Assembly: GCA_026397375.1 (NCBI GenBank)
Contig: JAPLUZ010000049.1
Span: forward strand, 1-37,298
DNA length: 37,298 bases
Direction of reading: 5' to 3'
DNA from: Candidatus Aenigmatarchaeota archaeon
Lineage (GTDB): Archaea > Aenigmatarchaeota > Aenigmatarchaeia > GW2011-AR5
Part shown: piece by piece, positions 1 to 7,594 of the stretch
How the letters are laid out: each line of letters begins with the position of its first letter
Numbering within the stretch: position 1 is the stretch's first letter
Translations under genes and position numbers: made by a program
Notes under the pieces: model-generated
Databases searched by the model: none
The model's input: the letters and a program-made list of their open reading frames with translations, nothing else
Told to the model about the DNA's origin: nothing

Positions 1-671
1 GAGTTGAGGAGGACGTGATAAAAACGCTGAAACCGTTTGTGCTTGGTGATTTCCGTTTGGACGGCCCAACGCTACGCGAAAAAGGCATAAACCGCATCGG
101 CAATATCCTCGTGCCAAACGACCGTTATATAGAATTTGAAAAAGTGTTTACACCGTTGCTAAAAAAGCTCTATGAAGAACAAAAAAAGACCGGGAAAATA
201 GTGACACCTTCTGAGATATGTAAAAGACTTGGGGAAATGGCAGACGAGACTTCGGTCCTGTACTGGTGCAACAAAAATAATATTCCAGTTTTCTGCCCAG
301 GCATAACTGACGGGTCGATGGGGGATATGATATTCTTTTTCAAGACAGAAAATCCGGGCTTCAAAGTGGATGTTAGTGATGATATCGTAAAATTGACAGA
401 CATGGTTTTAGACGCAAAAGAAACAGGCGCGATAATTCTTGGCGGTTCTTTGCCCAAGCACCACATAATGAATGCGAACATGATGAGGGAAGGGACAAAA
501 TACACTATCTACATTAATACTGCTATGGAAGGAGACGGGTCTGATTCAGGGGCATTGCCGCAGGAGGCGCAGTCGTGGGGAAAGGCTGCTGCTGACGCTG
601 ATTTTGTGAAGATACAGGCAGACGCCACAATTGTATTTCCGCTTCTGGTGGCTGGCGCCTTTGTCGATTAA
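1..671 (+). CDS. dys: Deoxyhypusine synthase, C-terminal part (5' end lies outside the window)
   Basis: The frame is open from nt 3 to the TAA at 669-671, so the GTG at 15 used by the ORF track is internal. Ordered motifs [28 protein letters not shown] and [16 protein letters not shown] match my memory of deoxyhypusine synthases. The gene for its substrate, aIF5A, is also in the window. Confidence 0.85.
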   Translation, partial: VEEDVIKTLKPFVLGDFRLDGPTLREKGINRIGNILVPNDRYIEFEKVFTPLLKKLYEEQKKTGKIVTPSEICKRLGEMADETSVLYWCNKNNIPVFCPGITDGSMGDMIFFFKTENPGFKVDVSDDIVKLTDMVLDAKETGAIILGGSLPKHHIMNANMMREGTKYTIYINTAMEGDGSDSGALPQEAQSWGKAAADADFVKIQADATIVFPLLVAGAFVD

Positions 672-754
672 GTAAACATTTCAAAGGGCGCTTGTGCTGT
701 TTAAATATGTTTGGTACTAGTATCATATTGTATACTAATACGGAGGAGATAAAA

Positions 755-1315
755 ATGGATTTACCATGGGGAGATGAAAAGACGGTAAAATTTGCCACGA
801 ATGTGGGATTGATTACAAGCAACGGGCCAAACGGCCAGAACATAATGGCTGCTGAATGGACGCATCAGGTGTCGTATTCGCCGGGCATCATTGTCGTAAG
901 CATAGGCCTTGACAAGGCGACTGAAACTAATATAAAAAAGACAAAGGAATTTGGCGTGAGCCTGGCTGCTGCTGACCAGAATGTACTGGCGAGCGTGGCA
1001 GGCGGCAGCAGCGGAAAGGATGTGGACAAGATAAAGGTCCTAAAAGATATGGGTTTTGAATTCTGCAATGCTAAAAAAATAAACACACTGATGGTAAAAG
1101 GCGCTATACTGAACATAGAATGCAAGCTGATAAAAGAGGAAAAAATTGGCGACCATACGATGTTCATAGGCGAAGTCTTGGATGCAAGTGCTGCCGACAA
1201 AAAGCCGCTTATCTATCACGGACTGAAATACTGGACGCTGGGCGAGCAGATACAGAAACCAGGGCCGGACGTAATGGAAAAGATAAAGAAACTGAATGAG
1301 AAATATAAAAAGTAA
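755..1315 (+). CDS. Flavin reductase-like (FMN-binding split-barrel) protein
   Basis: ATG at 755 lies 8 nt after GGAGG (742-746); the track start at 692 has no such signal. The segment NIMAAEWTHQVSYSPGIIVVSIG followed by FGVSLAA resembles flavin reductase domain proteins. Confidence 0.6.
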   Translation: MDLPWGDEKTVKFATNVGLITSNGPNGQNIMAAEWTHQVSYSPGIIVVSIGLDKATETNIKKTKEFGVSLAAADQNVLASVAGGSSGKDVDKIKVLKDMGFEFCNAKKINTLMVKGAILNIECKLIKEEKIGDHTMFIGEVLDASAADKKPLIYHGLKYWTLGEQIQKPGPDVMEKIKKLNEKYKK

Positions 1316-1317
1316 TT

Positions 1318-2496
1318 TTATCTGGCCGCTTTTATTGAAATAACGTCGCCGTTCTTCAAGATATATCCAGAAGAGACATGCTTGCCGCTGCGGGCGTCGA
1401 CAGCTGCTACGAACTTCTTTCCTATATCCTCATGCACGGCAAAAGCAAGATCCAGGGCTGTCGAGCCTTTTTTCATGAGCAGTGCGTCAGGCAGGGCGTT
1501 GCCCTTGTGATCTGTGAACTTGTGCTCATTTTCCACAGGATAGACGACAATCATTTCTAGAATTTCAAAGACGATTTTGTCGACGATCTTTTGCACGCCG
1601 GTTGACCCGTACTTTTGCAGTACGTTGTTGCGTATGAAATTTAGTGCAAGCTTCTTTTTCTCGTCTATGTCGCTAATAACAGAAAAATCAGAATCGCCCG
1701 GCATGTAGCTTATCAGGCCGTGGTCAGATGCTTTTCTTAATGCTAATTCAGATTCGGCAGAGCACGGAATAAGGCTGTAGCCGATGTCTTTCAGTCTTTG
1801 GTAGTTTGCGTCTGATTCGCGCACGTCTATCTTGTTAGCGGCTATAACAATTGGTTTGGATTTTTCGCGGAGGATTTTTATGAAATCAAGTAATGTTAAT
1901 TCGTCGGCATTTTGGGCTAATTCGGTTTTGTTCATGGCATCCTCTACTTCTGCCAGCTTAATGCCAAGGCCTGCTAACTGCTGCTGCATAATTACGGAGA
2001 ATTTTTCCTTTGTTGACTCCATTTTCCTCAGCAGTGTTGACAAATTACGCTTGATTATTCCAAGGATCCAATAGTCGATTTCCTCTTCAAGGAATTTTAT
2101 GTCTTCCTTAGGGTCGCGCGTGCCCGGTTTTACTGAATTGCCTGTCTCGTCTGTTCCGCCGGATATATCGACAACATGAATAAGGGCGTTAGCTTCCATG
2201 ATGTCTGACAGGAATTGATTGCCTAAGCCTTTTCCCAAATGGGCACCAGGCACAAGGCCCGCCACGTCGGTCATTTTTATCGGCACATAACGCACACCAT
2301 TTACACACTTGGAGTTCTGCGGATTACACTTTACTTTCAGATCCTGACACGCGCAGCGGGCACGTACGTAGGTCACGCCTTTGTTGGGTGCTATTGTTGT
2401 AAAAATCCTATTGCTTATCTCTGCATCGACGAGCGTGGCGGCGCTAAAGAATGTTGTCTTTCCGACGTTGCTTTTTCCGACGACTCCGATCATCAT
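1318..2496 (-). CDS. Obg/YchF-superfamily GTPase (Ygr210-like) with C-terminal TGS-like domain
   Basis: P-loop GVVGKSNVGKTT at the N-terminus, then DVAGLV (G3) and NKID (G4). The C-terminal GDVISIK-type end is typical of TGS domains. Confidence 0.8.
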   Translation of the reverse strand: MMIGVVGKSNVGKTTFFSAATLVDAEISNRIFTTIAPNKGVTYVRARCACQDLKVKCNPQNSKCVNGVRYVPIKMTDVAGLVPGAHLGKGLGNQFLSDIMEANALIHVVDISGGTDETGNSVKPGTRDPKEDIKFLEEEIDYWILGIIKRNLSTLLRKMESTKEKFSVIMQQQLAGLGIKLAEVEDAMNKTELAQNADELTLLDFIKILREKSKPIVIAANKIDVRESDANYQRLKDIGYSLIPCSAESELALRKASDHGLISYMPGDSDFSVISDIDEKKKLALNFIRNNVLQKYGSTGVQKIVDKIVFEILEMIVVYPVENEHKFTDHKGNALPDALLMKKGSTALDLAFAVHEDIGKKFVAAVDARSGKHVSSGYILKNGDVISIKAAR

Positions 2497-2568
2497 CTTA
2501 AATAGACCCCCTTTTTATTTTCTTAATACGAACAATCTATTTATGCTCAAGTAGGAAATCGTGATAAT

Positions 2569-3030
2569 ATGAAACTCTGTTCAATGTGCATAAAGAGCGA
2601 CATGCTCTGCAACGCGTGCAATAAGCGGGTCGAATCAGGCCTTATCAGCAAGTCAGATGTAGCTGTATCCAGGGCGTTGCATAAGCTCCACTTTGACTGC
2701 GACTACATGAAATCCTTTGAAACAGACGGTACATTGGTCATACTTGCAGACAGGAAGGCGACCGGCCTGCTCATAGGCAAGGCTGGAAAAAATGTAAACA
2801 AATTATCTACGGCGTTAGGCAAGCAGGTAAAGGTAATAGAGCACATGACCGACGAAAAAAAATTCATAGAAAAAATCATAGGCGGGTCGGTGCTCGGCAT
2901 AAATAAAGTTTACGGGCAGAACGAGATCTACAAGATAAGGGTCGAGAACAGGATGAGAAAAAGAACACAAAACATGGCGCCGATAGTGAGCAAGGTTCTT
3001 GACAAGAACGTGAAGTTCGTTTTTGAGTGA
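2569..3030 (+). CDS. Zn-ribbon plus KH-domain RNA-binding protein (archaeal NusA-like KH)
   Basis: N-terminal CSMC...CNAC cysteine pairs. KH GXXG signature LIGKAGKNVNKLSTALGKQVKVIEH followed by DEKKFIEKIIG, a layout similar to archaeal NusA KH modules. Confidence 0.5.
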   Translation: MKLCSMCIKSDMLCNACNKRVESGLISKSDVAVSRALHKLHFDCDYMKSFETDGTLVILADRKATGLLIGKAGKNVNKLSTALGKQVKVIEHMTDEKKFIEKIIGGSVLGINKVYGQNEIYKIRVENRMRKRTQNMAPIVSKVLDKNVKFVFE

Positions 3031-3097
3031 TCAGATAGTTGCTAGGATTCTAATTCTTTACGTAACCATCTTCGGCATCGAATTCAAAAATAGTTTT

Positions 3098-3493
3098 CTA
3101 ATATCTTCTCTGTAAGCCGAGCTTGGATTCCATATTCTTTAGTCGCTCGTTAATTGTTTCGGTCATGCTCCTCACGGCGGAGAGTTGGCTTTCTATTAAG
3201 TTCAATCGATCAATAATTTCATAGTTTTTGCTTGGCTCTATTCTATTGGTATCACGCATGGGTTCTCTATTTAAATCATTACCGAAATCAGACGGCATAT
3301 TTTCCATGGACGGCGAGAAAGGCTCAAAGGCAGAGCGGGTTCTTGGGGTCATTTCGTCGTCAAACCGCTGGTCATTCGTTTGCGGCTGAAATTGCTCGGG
3401 CCTTGGCTCAGACGGCTCGTTAAGCACGTGCGATCGTATGTCGTCAAAGTCGTCGTCCTTTTTCCTTTTTAACCAGCCAAACATGGATACCAA
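3098..3493 (-). CDS. Hypothetical acidic Pro/Glu/Asp-rich protein with C-terminal coiled coil
   Basis: 131-aa ORF. Low-complexity middle region and a heptad-like C-terminus (IIDRLNLIESQLSAVRSMTETINERLKNMESKL). A TATA-like TTAAATAT lies about 25-30 nt upstream of the ATG at 3493. Confidence 0.4.
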   Translation of the reverse strand: MVSMFGWLKRKKDDDFDDIRSHVLNEPSEPRPEQFQPQTNDQRFDDEMTPRTRSAFEPFSPSMENMPSDFGNDLNREPMRDTNRIEPSKNYEIIDRLNLIESQLSAVRSMTETINERLKNMESKLGLQRRY

Positions 3494-3592
3494 TAAATCA
3501 TATGGGTTTGTTCAATATTTAAGCATTCTTGATTTGTAATGCATTTGTAATTTTACAAGTATGGGCAAGAATCTAATGGCGGTTTTTATCCT

Positions 3593-3636
3593 CAGATACA
3601 TTGAAAATTGATTTTTTCTGAAATACAATGTATCTG
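3593..3636. other. Perfect 11-bp inverted repeat (stem-loop with 22-nt loop)
   Basis: CAGATACATTG (3593-3603) is the exact reverse complement of CAATGTATCTG (3626-3636). Confidence 0.6.
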
Positions 3637-3643
3637 GTATGCT

Positions 3644-3690
3644 ATGCTCAAGGAAACCCACGTCTTTAGACGTGGGTTATATCAGAGCAT
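3644..3690. other. Two-tier stem-loop (6-bp outer stem, 10-11-bp inner stem)
   Basis: ATGCTC (3644-3649) pairs with GAGCAT (3685-3690). AACCCACGTCT (3655-3665) pairs with AGACGTGGGTT (3668-3678). It lies 37 nt downstream of the stop of the minus-strand gene ending at 3727, so it may act as a terminator. Confidence 0.6.
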
Positions 3691-3726
3691 ATCATTTGAG
3701 CCACTATTTTACCCCTACAAAATATA

Positions 3727-4215
3727 TTACACGGCTGGCGTTATGCCCAGTGTGTTCTGAAATATATTTCTCATCTTGTAGAGAAAGTCTTTGCCCTGCT
3801 CGATGTAGGCACGCCGCTGTTTGGAGTAGAAATATTTGTTGTAGAGAAGCCAGAAGGGCTTCTGGAAGGGATTGGTAAATTCGTATTCTGTCTGTACAAC
3901 GCCCCTTAGCTGTATCCTGCACCAGCCGGTTTTTTCTTTTGATTCCTGTTCGCCCTGAATTATGACTTCTGCGATGGTTTTTGTCCAGAAATCTTCCTTG
4001 CGCTTGCCCATCCACTTGCCGAAGAATTCTCTTGTCTCGCGGGTCGCATCCCATTTTATCTCTGTTTCCAAAACATCCTTGGACGTTACCTGCAGGACCT
4101 GGCGGAGCATTCCAGGCACCATGCTTGCTGCTGCAAAGGGATTTTTGCCCTGAAATCTAACAACAATGGTATCGGCAGGCGCCAGTAGATCATCTACAAC
4201 TGTAAACTTAGACAT
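3727..4215 (-). CDS. Hypothetical protein, tandem paralog B (about 162 aa)
   Basis: ATG at 4215 follows the upstream stop in the arrangement TGA-A-ATG; the track start (GTG at 4224) would overlap that gene by 8 nt. The protein is collinear with the upstream gene: W..[ED]...F...W...K..D, then G...I.....TEY, then a basic aromatic C-terminal helix. Confidence 0.6.
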   Translation of the reverse strand: MSKFTVVDDLLAPADTIVVRFQGKNPFAAASMVPGMLRQVLQVTSKDVLETEIKWDATRETREFFGKWMGKRKEDFWTKTIAEVIIQGEQESKEKTGWCRIQLRGVVQTEYEFTNPFQKPFWLLYNKYFYSKQRRAYIEQGKDFLYKMRNIFQNTLGITPAV

Positions 4216-4216
4216 T

Positions 4217-4732
4217 TCAAGCACCGTCTTTTCTGAGCTTTTCAGCGTACTTTTTTACGGAGGTTTCAAAGCTTACAAGTAACTCCTTGGCATAGTTTAG
4301 GTATTCTAGCCGCTTTCTTGTATAGAAGCGCGTATGCCAGAAGCGGCGGAACATTTCATATATCAGGTTCTGCTGCCAGACTGTGTCCTGGGGGTATTCT
4401 GTAATAAGGCGCGGCCTTATCCTAATATCAGCCTTTCCTTCACCGCCGGCTGAGAAGCCCTTTAGCGTAAGCTCAACAGTTATGTAAGAAAATGTGTCCA
4501 GAATTTTATTAACTTCCCACTCAATCTCAAATTTTTCAGATTCCTTGCCCTTTTCCCAATTATAGGTTTTCTCCTGAACATACGCGTCGGGTACGTTGAA
4601 AACAGCTTTTATCAGGTCCTTTACAGACGCATAAAAATTCTCAGGGTGAGGACCCATGTAGGATATATTTATGTCCTTAACAGGCTCGAATATGTAATCC
4701 CAAATAAGCAACTTGGTTCTTGCGAACGCCAT
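4217..4732 (-). CDS. Hypothetical protein, tandem paralog A (171 aa)
   Basis: GGTG (4742-4739) lies 6 nt upstream of the ATG at 4732. It shares the ordered pattern of the downstream paralog (TYNWEKGKESEKFEIEWEVNK...LKGFSAGGEGKADIRIRPRLITEY...FRRFWHTRFYTRKRLEY). I recognise no known family. Confidence 0.6.
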   Translation of the reverse strand: MAFARTKLLIWDYIFEPVKDINISYMGPHPENFYASVKDLIKAVFNVPDAYVQEKTYNWEKGKESEKFEIEWEVNKILDTFSYITVELTLKGFSAGGEGKADIRIRPRLITEYPQDTVWQQNLIYEMFRRFWHTRFYTRKRLEYLNYAKELLVSFETSVKKYAEKLRKDGA

Positions 4733-4775
4733 CTCTTACACCTTTTTTACCTTTATTTATTATGTGGTTAGACCC

Positions 4776-4783
4776 TATATAAA
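4776..4783 (-). promoter_or_regulatory. Candidate TATA box for the paralog A/B operon
   Basis: The minus strand reads TTTATATA, 44-51 nt upstream of the ATG at 4732. This fits a short SD-containing leader. Confidence 0.3.
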
Positions 4784-4815
4784 AAGAACCCATACAATCG
4801 ACAAAGCAATATAGG

Positions 4816-5373
4816 CTACTCCATCATTTTCAGCAGTGCACCCAGGGCAGACGGCACTTTTGTGATGCCTGCTTCATCTGTGTAGTGGCCTTTCCTGTTT
4901 TCTACAATTGTTTTTGCACCCAACTTCTTAAAAAAATCCACGTTTTCCACCGGCACGTAGGGATCGTTGTCAGAGAATATTGCAACAAATTTCTTGGTTG
5001 TTTTTCTTATCTTTGAGAAATTTATTGGCGTCTCCAGCCACGGCTTTGCTATTTCTTTCTCTTTGTCAGCGTCAAGGGTTAAAGTAAACCAGCCGGCGAC
5101 AAACACAACTCCGCCTGTTTTTTCCTGGGTTTGCAGATAACGCAGTACGGTCTGGCAGCCTATGCTGTGCCCGACAAAATATGTATCTCTGTCGGATTTT
5201 CCAACGAGGTTTGCCAGGAACGGCACCCACGTTTCTATTTTTGGATTATTGGTGTTGGGCATTTTCGGGACGAGAACCTTTATCTTTCTTTTTTTCAGTT
5301 CTTTCTTCAGCCACGGCAGCCAGCCTTCTCCCGGAGATCCGCCCCAGCCGTGTATTATGAATACGCGCTTCAT
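4816..5373 (-). CDS. RBBP9/YdeN-family alpha/beta serine hydrolase
   Basis: N-terminal IIHGWGGSPGEGWLPWLKKEL, nucleophile elbow GHSIG, and a size near 185 aa, all typical of this family. Confidence 0.75.
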   Translation of the reverse strand: MKRVFIIHGWGGSPGEGWLPWLKKELKKRKIKVLVPKMPNTNNPKIETWVPFLANLVGKSDRDTYFVGHSIGCQTVLRYLQTQEKTGGVVFVAGWFTLTLDADKEKEIAKPWLETPINFSKIRKTTKKFVAIFSDNDPYVPVENVDFFKKLGAKTIVENRKGHYTDEAGITKVPSALGALLKMME

Positions 5374-5409
5374 AGCTAATTTTATAAGGTGCAGGATATA
5401 ATAAGAATT

Positions 5410-5748
5410 ATGGTCTTTGATATTCTGCTTGGCGCGGTGCTTCTTGCATTCGGTCTCCTGGTCATATTTTTCTCGACAGAGAGCAAAGAAGAAGGGTCCA
5501 CGTTCTTGCTAATTGTTCTGGTAGGAATAGCAGCCATAGTTGGCGGCGGATGGATTTTAATAACGAAAATAAGCTTCGCAACACTTCTTACAAAATTAGC
5601 CGGCCTTATACTGGCCGCGCTGGGCATATTTTTGGCTGTGGAGTTTCCTGATATAGACCAGTACCAGAGAGAAGGCATGTCAAAAACGGGCATACTCATC
5701 GGCGTTTTCCTGATTATATTCGGCTTCTATTTGCTTATCTTTGCGTAG
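5410..5748 (+). CDS. Small integral membrane protein (3-4 hydrophobic helices)
   Basis: Hydrophobic segments throughout. The ATG at 5410 lies about 25 nt downstream of TTTTATAAGG (leaderless geometry); the track start is the GTG at 5389. Confidence 0.5.
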   Translation: MVFDILLGAVLLAFGLLVIFFSTESKEEGSTFLLIVLVGIAAIVGGGWILITKISFATLLTKLAGLILAALGIFLAVEFPDIDQYQREGMSKTGILIGVFLIIFGFYLLIFA

Positions 5749-5918
5749 TCGTTTCTGACAAATATAACAACACCAAATTCAGCATTATGCGTCGCAACTT
5801 AATTTAGAGAAATCTTAAAATATGGCTCTTGGACAAGAAGAATATAGTAATAGAGAAAAGATCACACGCTTAGATTAGAAAATCTATAAGCGCGGTTTGG
5901 ACATAATTAGGTGTTTTC

Positions 5919-7499
5919 ATGGCTGAAAAGAAAGTAAAAAAATATTTGCTTGAGGATTTTAGCAGGAACCCGGACGGTTCGCTGAAGGACAAGGTACTGG
6001 GTTACTATACGGGCCCTTTTTCGCCGTGGCTGGGTCATGCGCTGATGGCCGGACCTTTTGAAGCCCACGTTAATTTGGACTATACAGGCCCGCCCGGCGT
6101 TTCAACGGGAATTTACTACGGCCTCTGTTTTCAACTGGGCAAATGGGAACATACGGTTATGAAGGCTGACGAATGGATAGAAGTCAGCCCTGTTCACGCG
6201 CAGTACTACCAGCTTACACAAAAACAGAAAGAGGATCTAGAGGCAAAAATAAAATCCGGGCTTGCGTCGTCTGCACAATCTGTCGCTGATTTAGAACTGC
6301 TGTTGCACGATAAAAGAAAATATGAAGAAATGCTGCATTACATGGGCTATCAGAGCAATACGATAGACGCAACAGTGCAGATAGATTTTTCGACAGACGA
6401 CAAGGGAAGGCAGAAGAGGGTTGACAACCATTCGCTGAAGGCAATGTTTATCGACCAGATAGACATGCACACAGGCGAAGGCATATCAATGAGGTCCATC
6501 GTGGGAAGGTGGCCTACGCTCATATCCGACTTCATGAAAATGGATGACAATGACATCGACCCCGACAACGTGAGAAGAAAGCTAGACATTACCCGCGCCG
6601 AAGCTGTCGTTCTTATCACGAAAAACAAACTCTACAAGGAATGGAAAAATATATTTTTGCCAGAGGTGGCAAGCAGATACCAGCGCATAATGGAGCTGGT
6701 GAGAAGCAGGCAGCAGTCTGTTGAACAATATAAAGAATGGCTCAAGCCCTACATAGCCCGTCACAAATTGATAGAAGAAGGATTGTCTTCTTCGGCAACA
6801 AGAAAGCACATGAGAACTTTCTTCATAACAGGCATGGGACACGCTGTATCTTCGGCACAGATAGTTTTGTGGGTCTGGAAGGACTTCATGTCGCCGGAGT
6901 TACAGAAGGCAGGCGGCGAAGAATACGAGCTGCACAAGGTAAGGCCGGACGACGAGTGGACAAGAAAGAATTTGATATTTGACCAGAACCACGGACTTAT
7001 TGTAAAATACCCCTGGATAACCAAGGAGTGGGTTGACGAGCAGGTCGAGGATATCTGGGCAAGAAACTGGCTAACAAGAAAACTGTACTATTCCTTTTTG
7101 ATAATCACATTTATGCGCACGAACATGAAGTCGGCGACTGGCGCGGAGCTCGAGGACGGGCAGTTCGATGTAAATCTTATTTCAATGAGCCGGAATGTTG
7201 TTCTCACAAAGCTGCTGGAACTGAAGGCAAAACAAGAGGAACTGGACATGTACGTGGACACGCTGCTGGGCATACCGCACAAAATAAGCGGCAAGCCGTC
7301 TATATTCAAGCCGGAAAAGGAAAACAAAATAGGGGATCTCTTTGATAAACTTGGGATGAAATTCAACTTCATGAAAAGAGGCCCCTATGAAAGGGAATGG
7401 GATGAGAGGCTGACAAAATACTATTTCGCACCCATAGCAGGCGGAAGGTACGTACCTGTTGTCAATTTCATAAAACAGAGAATGGGGTATGGAAACTAA
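5919..7499 (+). CDS. Large hypothetical protein (526 aa), no recognisable domain or catalytic motif
   Basis: Long uninterrupted ORF. AGGTG (5909-5913) lies 5 nt before the ATG. No P-loop, no Cys clusters and no TM helices. Gly/aromatic-rich N-terminus and helical middle and C-terminal regions. Confidence 0.6.
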   Translation: MAEKKVKKYLLEDFSRNPDGSLKDKVLGYYTGPFSPWLGHALMAGPFEAHVNLDYTGPPGVSTGIYYGLCFQLGKWEHTVMKADEWIEVSPVHAQYYQLTQKQKEDLEAKIKSGLASSAQSVADLELLLHDKRKYEEMLHYMGYQSNTIDATVQIDFSTDDKGRQKRVDNHSLKAMFIDQIDMHTGEGISMRSIVGRWPTLISDFMKMDDNDIDPDNVRRKLDITRAEAVVLITKNKLYKEWKNIFLPEVASRYQRIMELVRSRQQSVEQYKEWLKPYIARHKLIEEGLSSSATRKHMRTFFITGMGHAVSSAQIVLWVWKDFMSPELQKAGGEEYELHKVRPDDEWTRKNLIFDQNHGLIVKYPWITKEWVDEQVEDIWARNWLTRKLYYSFLIITFMRTNMKSATGAELEDGQFDVNLISMSRNVVLTKLLELKAKQEELDMYVDTLLGIPHKISGKPSIFKPEKENKIGDLFDKLGMKFNFMKRGPYEREWDERLTKYYFAPIAGGRYVPVVNFIKQRMGYGN

Positions 7500-7510
7500 G
7501 GTGGAAAAAA

Positions 7511-7594
7511 ATGACCCAGACGTTCAGGATGAGAAAAACTCCAACAATCTGGATCACTGGTGTAGTAAATAAGAGTGATATTAATGCCGTATGA
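7511..7594 (+). CDS. 27-codon micro-ORF (MTQTFRMRKTPTIWITGVVNKSDINAV) bridging the two large genes
   Basis: GGTGG (7500-7504; the wider AAGGTGG stretch overlaps the TAA stop at 7497-7499) lies 6-7 nt before the ATG at 7511. Its TGA (7592-7594) overlaps the ATG at 7584 of the next gene by 11 nt. Found by hand translation; it is too short for the ORF track. Confidence 0.3.
   Translation: MTQTFRMRKTPTIWITGVVNKSDINAV

Noticed and set aside
3639-4054. Alternative-frame ORFs 3639-3878 (+), 3704-4054 (-) and 3962-4153 (+) overlapping paralog B
   Set aside because: They are Arg/Cys-rich with odd composition and no start signals. The 3727-4215 frame is supported by paralogy with the adjacent gene.
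5867-5892. Imperfect palindrome CGCTTAGATT / AATCTATAAGCG upstream of the 526-aa gene as a specific operator
   Set aside because: It is short, has a 2-nt bulge and overlaps a TATA-like TATAAG. The evidence is too weak to call more than a possible promoter region.
5907-5921. Identical 15-mer TTAGGTGTTTTCATG at the starts of the 526-aa gene and the 499-aa coiled-coil gene (22070-22084)
   Set aside because: It comprises the SD (GGTG), a T-rich spacer and the ATG. It is probably convergence on a favoured translation-initiation context plus chance. There is no similarity beyond it, and the encoded proteins are unrelated.
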